This document shows positions 36,245 through 48,589 of a stretch of DNA of 64,000 bases, piece by piece (within the stretch, counting starts at the first letter, position 1; the number at the start of each line of letters is the position of its first letter). Under the pieces are notes generated by a model. The model was not told where the DNA came from. It did no database searches and worked only from the letters and a program-made list of their open reading frames with translations. The position numbers and the translations under genes are program-made. The stretch comes from Camelus dromedarius (taxonomy: Eukaryota). The stretch is from positions 8,804,001 to 8,868,000 of the forward strand of contig NC_087437.1 in assembly GCF_036321535.1 (NCBI RefSeq), written 5' to 3'.

Positions 36245-37535
36245 GTTTTTCCTATTTCTCCCAGCTTTATTGAGATATAATTGACATGTAGCATTGTATA
36301 AATTTAAAGTGTACAACATGTTGATTTAATACACCTGTATACTGCAGAAGAATGACCACTGTTTATACTCTTGACCAATATCTCCCCATTTTCCCCAACC
36401 TCCAGCCTCTGGTAACCACCATTCTACGCTCTCTTTCTAGAAGTTTGGCTTTTTCCCCCACGTACAAGTGGCATCATACAGTACTTGTCTTTCTCCATCT
36501 GACTTATTTCACTTAGCATAATGTCCTTGGGATCCATCTATGTTGTCACAAGTAAGTTTCCTTCTTTCTCATGTGTGAATAATATTTCATTTGTGTGTGT
36601 GTGTGTGTGTGTGTGTGTATGCATGCGTGATTTATTCTTTATTCATTCATCCATTGACAGACACTAAGATTGCTTCTGTATCTTGGCGATTGTGAATAAT
36701 GCTGCAATGAACATTGCAGTATCAGTATCTCTTTGAGATCCTGTTTTTATTTCATTGGAGATGTACCCAGAAATGAGAATTCTGGATCAGATGATAGTTC
36801 TATTTTTAATTTTTTTGAGGAACCTCTATACTATTTTCCACAGTGGCTGAACCAATTTGCATTCCCACCATCAGTGCCCAAGGGTTCCCTTTACTCCACA
36901 TCCTAATTAACAGTTGCTATCATTTATCTTCTCAATGATGGACATTCTAACAGGTATGAGATGGTATCTCATTATTTTTATTTGCATTTCCCTGATGATT
37001 AGTGATGCTGAGCATTTTTTCATGTACCTGTCGGCCATCTGTATGTCTTCTTTGGAAAAATGTTTATTCCATCCCTCTGCTCATTTTTAAATTGGATTCA
37101 TTGGATAGTTTGTTTTGTTGGTATCAACATATATGAGTTCTTTGTATATTTTGGGTATTAACAGATATATTATTTGCAAACATTGTTTCACATATCTTAG
37201 GGTGACTTCTCATTTTGTTGATTATTTCTTTTGCTGTGCAGAAGCTTTTTAATTTGATGTAGTCCTACTTACTAATTTGATCTTTTATTGCTTATGCTTT
37301 GGTGTCATATCCAAAAAAGCATTGCCAAGATCAGGTTCAAGGATCTCTTCCCCATGTTTCTTTCTGGGAATTTCATAGTATCAGGTCTTAAATTTAAATC
37401 TTCAATCCATTTTGAGTTAATTTTGTGCATAGTATAAGATAAGGGTCCAATTTCATTCTTCTGGATGTGGTTGTTCAGTTTTTCCAGCACCGTTTATTGA
37501 AGAGGGTATCCTTTCTCCACTGAGTATTCTTCGCT
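36245..37535 (-). mobile_element. L1 (L1MA-like) 3' region with internal (GT)n
   Basis: cccagctttattgagatataattgacat...; ORF 37305..37490 is ORF2-like (KINSKWIEDLNLRP); (GT)n at about 36592-36618. Confidence 0.88.
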
Positions 37536-37774
37536 CAGAGTCTGTTCTTTACTCATTACTTTATATCACCCCTAGAATCCACAACTTTGATTCCTGAATT
37601 AGAGTTCATCATACCATTTAGTGCCATTTCCTGCAATTAAGTATTACTAATACAAATAAAGGGAGAAGAATAAATGTTCTGGATTATTAATTGATATGAA
37701 GAGGTTCAAAGATTAAGGTCAGTCCAATGTTAAGGAATTATGTAGAACAGGAGAAACAAAGAAAGGAGACTACC

Positions 37775-38240
37775 TCTGTTAACTTGTGCCACAGTAATGC
37801 TGCACTGGAAACAACCACCAGAATCTCAGTTGGATGTAATGATAAGAATGAGTTTAGCTTACAGGTCTTATAATTAGGCTGGGCTCAGACAGTCTTGTCT
37901 GGGCATACTCATGTTCCTACAGGTTGACTGGCAGCTTTGTTGTGGGCAAGGCTGGACTAGGGCAGCTAATCTGCAATAGCTCTGTCCACATGTGAGCTCT
38001 TCTGGGACCATTGGACAAGTCCAAGCATGTCTTTCTCATGGAAATGGCCTTTTCAAACCTCTGTTTGCACAACATTTGCTAATAAGCCATTGGCCAAAGC
38101 AAGTCACATGGTTAACCCAAACTCAGACAAAGAAGAAATAAGCTATACCCATGATGGGAAGGCATTGTAAAGTTTGTTTTTTGGCAAAGATGTGTACCTT
38201 TGGGAAGTAAATGATTGACTCTATTAATACAATCTACTTC
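37775..38240 (-). mobile_element. MaLR solo LTR (MLT1H/G-like)
   Basis: aaacaaccaccagaatctcagt...ccattggccaaagcaagtcacatgg. Confidence 0.7.
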
Positions 38241-38244
38241 GGAA

Positions 38245-38870
38245 AATAAGGCTGAGTGACCAATGACATTGGAAGAAAACAGTGTTTTGCTGGAAGTCCA
38301 ATGAAGAGCATGTGTCAAGGAAAATGTGATCTTCTGTTCTGTGTCAAATGCTGCTGACAGGTCACGTAAGATGAGAACTGAATTGAACATTGGAGGTCAT
38401 TAGTGGCTCTGAAAGGAGCAGTTTCAATACAGTGTTGGAGATAAATTCCTGATTAGTGAAGATTTAGGGGAGAACTAGATGAGAGAAATTGAAGACCATG
38501 ATTATAAATAATCCTTTCATGGATTTTTGCTGTAAAAGAGCCTACAGAGATGGACTAGTATCTAACCAAGGAATGAGGTCAAAAAAAGATTGTAAAAGTA
38601 TTTATTTTAATATGAGATAAATCACAGCAGGTTTATATGCTGATGGGAGTCACTCAGCAGATGAGGGGAAATTGACAATGTAGGACAAAGAACAGAGAAT
38701 TGTTTGCATGATGTCTTTGAATAGGCAAGATGAGATAGGACCTAGCTCATAATTGGAAGGATTGTCTTTACATGGGAGTCTGGAGAATTTATCTATAAAA
38801 ACAGAAGAGAAGGTAGAATAAATGCTGGTGTTGGACAGCTGAGGTCATGGGAGTCTGTAGAATTTCCCTA
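38245..38870 (-). mobile_element. L2 internal fragment
   Basis: gtgtcaaatgctgctgacaggtcacgtaagatgagaactga; ORF 38112..38390 contains the L2 RT motif DLSAAFDT. Confidence 0.8.
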
Positions 38871-39453
38871 GTATCCCAGACTCCCAAACTCTGGAATTCT
38901 GTAGTACGAAGTGAGAGAACCATCGATGTAATCATCTACAGCGGAACATTGTCACTTTCTGTGACAATTCTCAATTTTACTTGCTATGATGTTCAACTAG
39001 CATCTGTATGTATTGGAAATCACTATAAAAACATTCCTCCCTCCTCTCCCGTTACAAGAAATCACATGAAAGCACATTCATTCCTCATTGTTGCTTTAGA
39101 CCTGAGAGTTTAAAAGTCTTTTTATCCCAACTGAACCAACTGCATGGTTAAGATGCCTCTTGAAGTACCTCTTGTAGGTTTAAACATCTGTAACATTTAG
39201 TGACAAGAATCAACCATTCCGTTTGTACTGATTGGATATTAAGAGTCTTCTTTTTCCTGAAGCTACAGCTTGATTGATTCAACAGATAAGAAGCCCCGAG
39301 TACACTTATAGGAGTCAAAGGAAACAAAAAACTAAATTAGGAGAAAAATTAAAGATAACGTGAACAAAATACCCTGTAATATCCTAGGACCCAAGTGGAA
39401 GTTGCCAAACAAGACTACTTGCTCTCTTTTTTATGAATTTTGTTTTCAGAAAG

Positions 39454-39488
<35 letters not shown>

Positions 39489-39939
39489 TTCCTCCTGAAA
39501 TAGTTGTAGTCTTTAACTAGAGTCTCTCCATATTTGGTCATAGAATCTCTGCTTTTTAAAAATTGTTTGCCATCAATGAACCCACACTCTTGCAATAGTC
39601 TGGGGTGACCTTGTTTTCACACCAGATTGCTTAGCTCGATGTTGGCATGCAAACAGATAATGCTACCATGTGAATCTGTTCTTATAATAAAAAAATTGGA
39701 GATGATGAAGGGTGGCAGATGGATTCCAAACTAAAGGAATGCGTCCTCCATGAGGTCTGGCATTTAAAAACCAAATTCGATGCCAGGGACGAGATGGACA
39801 TTTGAGATGCCTTTGGCCAACAGTCTTGTCCTCATTGCTGTCATTGAGACTGTCCTTGTGACTACAGGCTTCCACACATATGCTGCATGATCTCAGCCTG
39901 CCTCCTGTGCCAGCCAGACTTGCTGTGGGGCTGTCAGTA

Positions 39940-39975
39940 ATCACCATCATCACCATCACATCACCATCACATCAC

Positions 39976-40009
<34 letters not shown>

Positions 40010-40021
40010 TTCATTATCATC
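39940..40021. repeat. (CAC/CAT)n microsatellite
   Basis: caccat/catcat array with a pure (CAT)n core. Confidence 0.95.
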
Positions 40022-40328
40022 TGGGTATTTGTTTGGGTGGAAACACTGCAATGTTTTCCAACTCTATACTGTAGCCTGGTGTGAGAAAAAAACATTTTAA
40101 ATGACTGCTTAAAAGCTGAGCTGTCTTTGATGAAAATTTGAAACGTATTTCCTTACAAAAATTACATACTCATTAAAACGAAAACCACTCTTCTAGATGA
40201 GATAAAACTATTTTCTTTCCATTTTGACTAAGAAAGACAAGTATCATACACCTTTTGTCTAATCATGTGTAAAGACAATAAAATACAGTTTTCTTAGAAA
40301 GGAACTGGGACTGCTCTTGGCAAAGACT

Positions 40329-40530
40329 GGAGACATTTTTGCCTGTCACAGTGTGGGAAAGGGTTGCTCCTGGCCTTGGGTAGACAGAGGCAAGGATACT
40401 GCTAACCAGGGCTACCAGAACCAGGGGTACATTCTACAGTAGACAGAGGGCATAAAATAATCTCCCACCCAAAAAGAATTATCTGACCCAGACTGTCCAT
40501 AGACTAGTGCCAAGTTTGGGAAAACCTCTG
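40329..40530 (+). mobile_element. MER20 fragment
   Basis: ggagacatttttgcctgtcaca...gaggcaaggatactgctaa...aagaattatctgaccca. Confidence 0.7.
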
Positions 40531-40642
40531 CAAGATGATCATCATGTCAGATCTTCAAACCATGTCCTAGTGAGTCCAGAAAGGTTAAGTTCCCCCTCTA
40601 ACACTAAGCTTAATCTCATCACTAATGGCCCGGCCTCTGCCA

Positions 40643-40803
40643 CAGTGGTTCTCAAATTTGGCAGCGTGTTTAATAGTCGGGGGAGCTTTAAATGACTGAT
40701 GGTCATATCTCCCCTACAAAGGGTCTGCAGCCCAATTTAGGCAGTAGGAGTTTTAATAGCTCCCCAGGTAACTCTGACATACAGCCAAGGTGGAGAACAC
40801 CTG
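40643..40803. mobile_element. MER5B-like MITE
   Basis: cagtggttctcaaa ... gctccccaggtaactctgac ... tggagaacacctg termini. Confidence 0.7.
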
Positions 40804-42509
40804 CTGAACTCTGCTGAGCAGGTGTATTGACTTCAGGACCCGCTGACAGCTTCCATCACTTCTTGCTCTGGAATCGCTAAGGTAGGGGAAACCTGTTTCC
40901 TGTGAGTGTTTGCTCACTGAACCCTATATTTGTTCTAACTAGAGAATCACTTTTTTCAGATGCCTGAATTGTAGTTGCTATTAATGTTAATGAAACTGTG
41001 GTTCTAGAAATACAGAATGTCCAATCTTTGAACAGCATTTTTATAATGTAGTTTTGCCATCAGCAGTAGGATATGCCTCTAATATTTCACTTCTCGTTGC
41101 TGTTCTTCTGTTCTTTCAAAAAGGCTCAGTTGAGCTTCTAATGGTTTAATGTCTTAGAAATTAGACGATTTTCTTTTCTATCACATGTAAACCTAGCACT
41201 GTTTGATGGATTTTAGTGTAATATTTTTTGTTCTTTTCCTTTGCTTTTTGGTCCAGATATTCATCTTTCTATCATAACGCTTCTAGATTTTGCTACCAAA
41301 CCATACTCCGTGTCCTCCTGTGGTGAGATACAGAGTTCCGAGTCTACCGAAGGCATTGTTTACCTAAATCTTGTCCAGCTTCACTTCCCTTAGTTAGATG
41401 GCTCTATCCAGAAGGAGATAGACTCCCGTTAAGTCAACGTCTGACTTGGGCGCAGACCAGCTCTATCTTTGCCCTGCCTGACGTCTGGGAAAATATGCAT
41501 CTTTTTTGTTGGGATTTCTCTTCGAGTCCTAAATTCCTTGGGTGCTATTCTCCTAAGATACAAGAAATGTAGCTATGTGTCCATAATGGAAAAAAAATAC
41601 CTACCTGTAGTGTTTTAATATTCTATAATAATCTTTCATTTATTCATCCAGAATTTCTGTAACCACTGCTCTTAATATCTAAACCTTTAAGAGACATTTC
41701 TCTGATTACTCTTACTATAAACTGGATGTGGTACTAAGATATTCTTCCCCATTGATTTCTGAAAACTCCCCCTTCAGCTCTTTTCTAATGCACTCAGTTT
41801 TCCACTTCATTTATGTCTGGTCAGCTGTTAATATTGTCATCATTCTTCTAAGGAAATCTCTCTTTTCCCTTGGCTAAATTAGTCTTAGTATTTCTTGTTT
41901 GTTTGTTTGTTTTATTTTCCTTTGCTCATTACTTTTCTTTTAATGGTAAGATTGAAGCAACTTTTGCAAACCACCCCAGCTCCTTCTCGATTTTCTGAGC
42001 AAACATGGCTTTCGGAGGTGCAATCTCAGGACTTTTAGGTTGCCCCTTTGCCTTCGGAATTGCAATAATTTCACTGAGTTGCTTCTTTACCTCAACCCAG
42101 AAGGCAGTCTCTTCTTTTTCTAGGAAGCTTCCTCATTCCTCTTTGTTTGTGAATACATTCTTTCACCTTCTATGGATGAGGCTATGTTTATAATTTTGAG
42201 ATCCAAAGCTATCATCAACATTTATATAATTAACAAACCCAGAGCCAAGTTGGGACCACAGAACTGTAGATGGGTTAACCCCATATTCCCCAGGTTATTC
42301 CTTTCAGGTTCCTCTCTTGAACCTGAGGACAGTTAAAAAAATCAAAACAAAACATAAAATAAGGATCCAGTCCGGTGTAACCTATGTACTTATGCTTAAA
42401 CTTGCCATTAATAACTTTCTCCAAGCCTGAAATTCTTTCCCCTTGCCTCAACTGTGCCTTATTAGAAAAAGATGTATAATTCAGAGAAGCAATAGCCATC
42501 GCATCATCG

Positions 42510-42720
42510 TTAAATAAAAACAGCTTTCATTTACTGAGCATCTCTTTTGTCCCAGGTATTAATATCACTTCCATAAAGTAATTGTCATCAATACCTTATG
42601 TAGCAGGTGTATCCCTACTTGGTAGACATTGAAACAGACTTATAGATGTTAATAAGCTGTACAAGTACATATAGCTGGGAACTGGTGAAGTTAGAGGTTA
42701 AGTCCAGAGATGTAAGATAT
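42510..42720 (-). mobile_element. MIR SINE
   Basis: catttactgagcatctcttttgtcccaggta...gaaacagacttatagatgttaa. Confidence 0.55.
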
Positions 42721-43959
42721 CATACTAATCAGTACATACAAAAAAGTGTACAGAATAAGGTCCAGTGAGACTCTGGAGTATGTATGGTTTGCCTAAGAGA
42801 AAAGGTAAATGTGAAAATATGTGCAGATCTGGTAGGATTAGATCTCTAAATCGAGCAGATTTGAATTTGACCTTGGAGTGTGACAGCAACAGAAGCCTTT
42901 GGAAATCAAGAGTATCAGTCTTGGGGGAAAAACCAAAAAACAAACAAAAAAAAACCCACCGTGAGAATGGTTCCAAAAATTTTTAAGGAAGTTCTTGCTG
43001 TCTATTCTGAGCTTTCAATGGGTATGTGGAGTCCTGTGATGAAAAACTTGACCTAGTCTCAACTGCCCTTCTTGCCACCTTTCTTACTGCCTTTGGCTTG
43101 CCATATCCTGGGAGAAACCTGGGTCTCAGAGGGGTATTGTGGTTCACACTCACTTTTAAAGAAAGGAATGTGAGTTATAAAGGGAAATTCTTGACCTGTT
43201 TCTCTGGGGGTTGTTGGAGGTATGATCCTTCTTCCACAGACAAAAATTGAGGGATTGCTTTTATTCCTGCATGCCCTCAGAGGTCCTGGGGATCCTAAGG
43301 GTGGGCTTAAACACCTATGAAAAGCCGATGTGTAGCGAAGTGTACTGAGGATACTGATGCACCGAGTTTTATAGTTATCCTACTCTAAGCAAAGAGATAA
43401 AATGGAAAATTTCCCAAGCCCTATCTCATATAATTTTATTTAATCTTATCTTTCTTAGAGACAAGATAATCAAACACAATGAAAACACCTTTCAAAACTT
43501 TCTTATCAATAAGCTGAGTTGAGGAAAAAAGGATTCAAATCATGATCTACTCTTAACAATGAACATTTTAAAAAATTACTTGTCAGTTATTTTAATTATG
43601 TTGGAATAGGAAATTGTTATTTCTCTTGCAAACAGAAGAAAATGGAATTAAAGATCAGTTAGGGCTTACCCAAGATTACAAAAAAGAAACAGTTGTGAAT
43701 GGATGAGTTTGAGCTAAATTGAACGTCTTACAAAGAGCTTGACTATTTACATATGGAGATTCTCCTTCTGTGTGCCCTAAAGTATGGACCACAGTTGCTT
43801 TTTCAATGAAGCTTATGAATAAACAAGGGTAACAACCACTGTGGAGGTAGCTGAGGGAGAATTAAGGTAAAGGAACTGATGCACAAAGAGGAAAGTTGTA
43901 TATTCTTTATTTGAAATTTGAACAAGTTCTCATTCTTACCAAAACTATTAAAATTCTTA

Positions 43960-44415
43960 AGATATTTTAAATTAAATTTTGATATCAAAATGGAAGAGGG
44001 TATAGCTCAATTGGTAGAGTGCATGCTTATCATGCATGAGTTCCTGGGTTTAATCCCCACTACCTCCACTAAGTAAATAAATAAGCTTAATTACCTTCCC
44101 CCTCAAAAAATAAATTTTGATATCAAAATTATTTTAGATTTACAGAAAATTTGCAAAACTAGTACAGGTAGCTCCAGTATACTTTTCACTCAGTTTTCCC
44201 CGTTGTTAACATCTTATTTTGCCATGGTATATTTGTCAGAACTAAAGAAACTGACAATGGTACATTACTGTTAACTAAATACCAGACTGAATTTCATCAG
44301 GTTTTTTTGTAAATGCCCTCTTTCTCTTCTAGGATTTGGTTCACATACCACATTGCATTTAGTTTTCATGTCTTTCCAGTCTCCTCTGGTCTTTGGTGGT
44401 TTTTCAGCCTTTCTC
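43960..44415 (-). mobile_element. Old L1 (L1MC/MD-type) 3' end
   Basis: ttttagatttacagaaaatttgcaaaa...gttaacatctta...cacattgcatttagtt. Confidence 0.7.
43992..44110 (+). mobile_element. Vic-1-type SINE
   Basis: gggtatagctcaattggtagagtgcatgc...; perfect 19-bp TSD taaattttgatatcaaaat (43973-43991, 44111-44129). Confidence 0.92.
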
Positions 44416-44814
44416 TGAAAACCTGGTAGGACTCTGTTATGGCAGAGTAAATTATACAGGATATAGATGGAGAGAAAGGAGGGTTAGATATGTTGCTTTG
44501 AAATGTTCAAGGAAAAGAAAATACAGATGAAAAAGTACATACATTATTGCTGGAAAGAAAGGGGATATTAATGAGAATGAAGATTTTATCTTAAAATATG
44601 TTGTGGTACACACACAAAAAATTCTTGCAAAGCACTTTGAAGGTTTTATACCTCCGGAAGGAGAGGAGGATTTGGACTTATGAAAGCCAATATGCTGTAA
44701 TTTACACAGTTCCTCTCATGTGCCAGTGCTCTTCAAAGCATGTTTAATAATGTTAAATATTTAATTGTCAGAAAAATCCCAGGAGATCTGAACTTTTATC
44801 AGACCTATCTAATA

Positions 44815-44985
44815 CAGTGGTTAAGAATCAGGGACATTGCCCCCAGGAGACATTTAGAAATACCTGGAAATATTTTTGATTATCACAATTTGGGAGAGGG
44901 GTGCTAGTGGTATTTACTGGGTAGAGAGGCCAGGGATGCAGTTAAACAGCCTACAATGCACAGGGCGGCCTCCTGCAATGAAGCC
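44815..44985 (+). mobile_element. MER20 inside an antisense MIR
   Basis: ttgcccccaggagacatttag...gggtagagaggccagggatgcagttaaacagcctacaatgcacagg. Confidence 0.8.
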
Positions 44986-45182
44986 TTCTAAAACAAACCC
45001 TGATAATAAATGAAGAGACAAGGCAAAAAGAAATTAAGTAACTTTCCCAGGACTACACATTAAGTAAGTGATGGATTACGGTAGTGGCTGTGGTCTTCCG
45101 CCATGTTGTATCTCATCGGAAAGGGCACTGATAAGAAAGGAATTCAACAGGAACAAAATACTAAGGTAACAGTGAGAACAGG

Positions 45183-45206
45183 GTGTGTGTGTGTGTGTGT
45201 GTGTGT
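45183..45206. repeat. (GT)n microsatellite
   Basis: Direct reading. Confidence 0.95.
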
Positions 45207-45960
45207 ATCACACGGTCCTACAGCACTTGCTATCTGATGTCTGAAAATCATTTTTCCTGCATTTTGTCTGGTTTTCCAGATATGTAAGTCAGAAGGGTGA
45301 ATCTGGTCCCAGTTATTCTATGTTGGCCAGAATCAGCAGTCCCACTATGCTATTCTATCAAAACTCATTACTGCTGTCATGTTTTACAATTTCTATGAAC
45401 ACATTTTCTTTTTCCTCCCTTCCTCTTTCTCATTAGATAAATCAATATTTTTCAGTTCTTTTGAAAGTTTGAGTGTATTTCATCTACTTTTTTTTCTTTT
45501 GGCAGTTTCCCTAAGTAATTATGATCCATATTTTGTTTTATATTTACCCATCAGTATGTTAAATTTACCAATATTTATAGCTTCACCTCAAAAATAGATA
45601 ATTACCCTAGCAAGTTATCTTTTCCCTCTCGTCTTTCCAGCTACCTACCCCTGCTCCCTGACTAGTGTTATATTATTACCATCTAGAATTTCAGATATGT
45701 ATTGTTGGTATACATTTTTGGTCTTGTTTTTTCAGACAATAGTGTATAGGATTAGTTTCAAAATAACACTTTGTAGTTATTCACAAACTGTTCATGACAA
45801 AAAGAAATTTCACTCTTCCTACTAGTATGAGCAATATCCATTATTTTTCAATATGCAATAATAAAATTACAGAGTGTTAAAAATCAGCTAGGACCTAAAC
45901 ATCACCAAAGTATTATTTTGAAACTAAGATCAAGGTGATGAATATTAAAGAAGAAGAACC

Positions 45961-46045
45961 CAAAATTGTGCTCTACACTGGAATTTGACACAACATTGTA
46001 AAATGATTATAAATCAATAAAAAACGTTAAAAAAAAAAAAGAAGG
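45961..46045 (+). mobile_element. Very short young L1 3' terminus
   Basis: Near-identical to the reverse complement of the L1 end at about 60325-60395; TSD agaagaagaacc (45949-45960, 46046-46057). Confidence 0.88.
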
Positions 46046-46749
46046 AGAAGAAGAACCAAATGAAAATAGGAGTCAGTAGGAAAAATATCACCTGGGGTCT
46101 TTGTATTGATTGCATGGTTGCTGTACTATCCCATAACCATATTTAGAATAACTAAAGACAACATAGTTTTGCTATTTTAATTTCATAAATTGTTATGATT
46201 TCTTGTTGGTCACAATGATCTAAAAAATGTAAGCAAAATACTTTCTGCCTGAATTACTTCATGAAGTAAATGATAAACTTCTTTAGACAATGAGATTTGG
46301 CTCTATTGTGAATACCACTCATGGGTGTTTACTGTTTTCACTGTGTGTATCAGGCAAAGGTACATTTCATCAGTATTTAAAACCATAAGATGTTGTCATG
46401 GGATATAAAATTGATAGAAGGAAATATTTAATTTTGTTGTAAAACACACTAATTAGGAAATCCAGTCTCACACGAAATAACTAAATGGTTTGTGTCTCAG
46501 TTATATTGTTGGACTGATAATATTTAGCTTCTTATCTGGAGGAATAGATCTAACAAATAAAACCATATTCTAAAGCAAAATGGTTACTTTTCAGCATTGA
46601 TATATGCAGCATGATTTTTGATGACTTGTTGGTTAGAATATAAAGAATCTAATGTGAAGTCAATGTTAGGATACTTGAAAGGTATATTTCATTTTTAGGA
46701 ATTCTGTAGTTCATTTTGAAAGTGAATACACACAGTGGGTCTGCTGGAT

Positions 46750-48500
46750 AGATGACGGTGGTGTACTTAAAATCTCTAGAAAAATATGAAGAAGCCTACA
46801 TGAAACATGTGGAACAAAATTTGGTGAAAACACATTTTAATGAACCTTTAAATATGAATGGATGAAGACAAACAAGTAACAGCAGACAAATAATATCTGT
46901 GTAGTATAAAACAGAAAGAATGACTAGGACCTCTGGCAGACCTAAGAATAATAGAATCTAAACAGCCAACAGATACTCACTGCAAAGATCAAGAGTCAAT
47001 CTGAATGTAGTCACTTAAACTAAAAGGCTGTTAAAATTGGAAGAGGGGCATGGTAAGATCTGAAGGAGCAGAAGCAATTTATGCCCTCCACATGTGCCTT
47101 AAACCAACAGGCCAAGAATACCTTCTCAAACAAAGTCAAACACTAAGGAGAGCCTCAGAGTCTTGGATCTATATTGAACAGGACAGGACAAAGGAAAGAA
47201 AAGGCCCAGATAGAAGGAGGGTAGGAAGTCAGTGCAATCTCTGCACGTATGAGGTCATATTTTTGACCACTTCCCAAAAGCAAGAGAAGATAGCACTCTG
47301 TAGTGTAAAGCTGGAAAACTGTCTGATCCAAACCCCTCCCCCCCTTTTTAAAGTTCAGGAAAATTAAAATTACATAAAAATTAGAAATAGAAAAAGATTG
47401 TAATTGAATCCCATACAAAGGCATTATCAGGAGAAAGATGGTAAGGAAGGAACCATATAACAGTCTTACAGACAAAAATATAGCAAGTCCAATGGATAAA
47501 ACTATTACTCATTATTTCATAATGGATGAAAATAAACAAAAAATAATAGAGGACATGAAATAACAACACAAATTAGGGAAAATCAGAAATGAAATTACAG
47601 AAATCAATAAAAGAATTAGAATAAAATTAAAATATTTCAGAAATTAATATTAAAGTAGAAAAAGCATAGACAGGAATTAAAACAACAGATAATTCCTTAA
47701 GATAAATAAAAGTTGCAGAGGAAGGATATTAAGAGTGAAAAAGAAAATACACCCCTCAAATAAGATTTGAAAGAAAATGGTAAATGTAAAAGATGTGCAA
47801 AGAAGATCCAACACATGTATGACAGGAATTCCAAAAGAAGAAAAATCAAAGGACACAATACTAATTAGGAAGATTTAAGAAACTGAAGTCACTGGAATAT
47901 TTGATCAACACTGAGACTTAGTCTAGTAAAATACAACAGTAAATCTTAAAGACAGTCTTTTGAAATTAAAAAAAAGAGCCAAATAAATCACTCATAAGAG
48001 AAAGAACATCATAATGCAACCTTTTCTTTCAGATGACAATGCTTACTCAAGAAAAGAATGTGTGAATTAAGTATGTTATATCTTGGCAAACTGATTCTCA
48101 AAATCAACAGAATTAAAGTTATCAAAATGCAAAGTCCCAGAGAATTGTATTCCTATGAGGCTTTTCTAAAATACCTACTAAACATGAGCTTTTGATTATC
48201 AAAATAGTTGGGAGGATATAGATAAAAAGGTCATGAGTATATAAAAACATTGCATTTGGAACTAAGAATAAATTATGGTTATAAGAAAGAAATTACATAT
48301 CTTGGTGTATGCTTTGACAAAACATGTAGTTAAATTATTTTAAAAATAAGAGGACAATGGGAAGACCTTGTCAAAATATATAATAACAGACATTACATGG
48401 AAGTAAAATGATATTACTTAAAATTGTATGATATGGGAGAGACAGGAGGCAGGGGGAAAAGTTAACTAGATATCTTCAGTTTTCTTCTTAGTAAAGTACT
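46750..48500 (+). mobile_element. Degenerate HAL1/L1 ORF1-like region
   Basis: Strongly A-rich sense strand with ORF1-like motifs (agaagatccaacacat...aggaattccaaaagaag). Confidence 0.5.
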
Positions 48501-48589
48501 AATTAAAATAATTCTTAAAAGGATACCAGAAAATGATATTAACATTAAATTAAATATAGGAACAAAAATGCAAAACTCTCTAAAGCAAA

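Noticed and set aside
39459..39485. Isolated long poly-A (also 22484-22505 and poly-T 55985-56007)
   Set aside because: No attached retroposon body or clear TSD; treated as simple homopolymers.
39880..40074. ORF with a poly-histidine run
   Set aside because: It is simply the translation of a (CAT/CAC)n microsatellite; no other coding signal.
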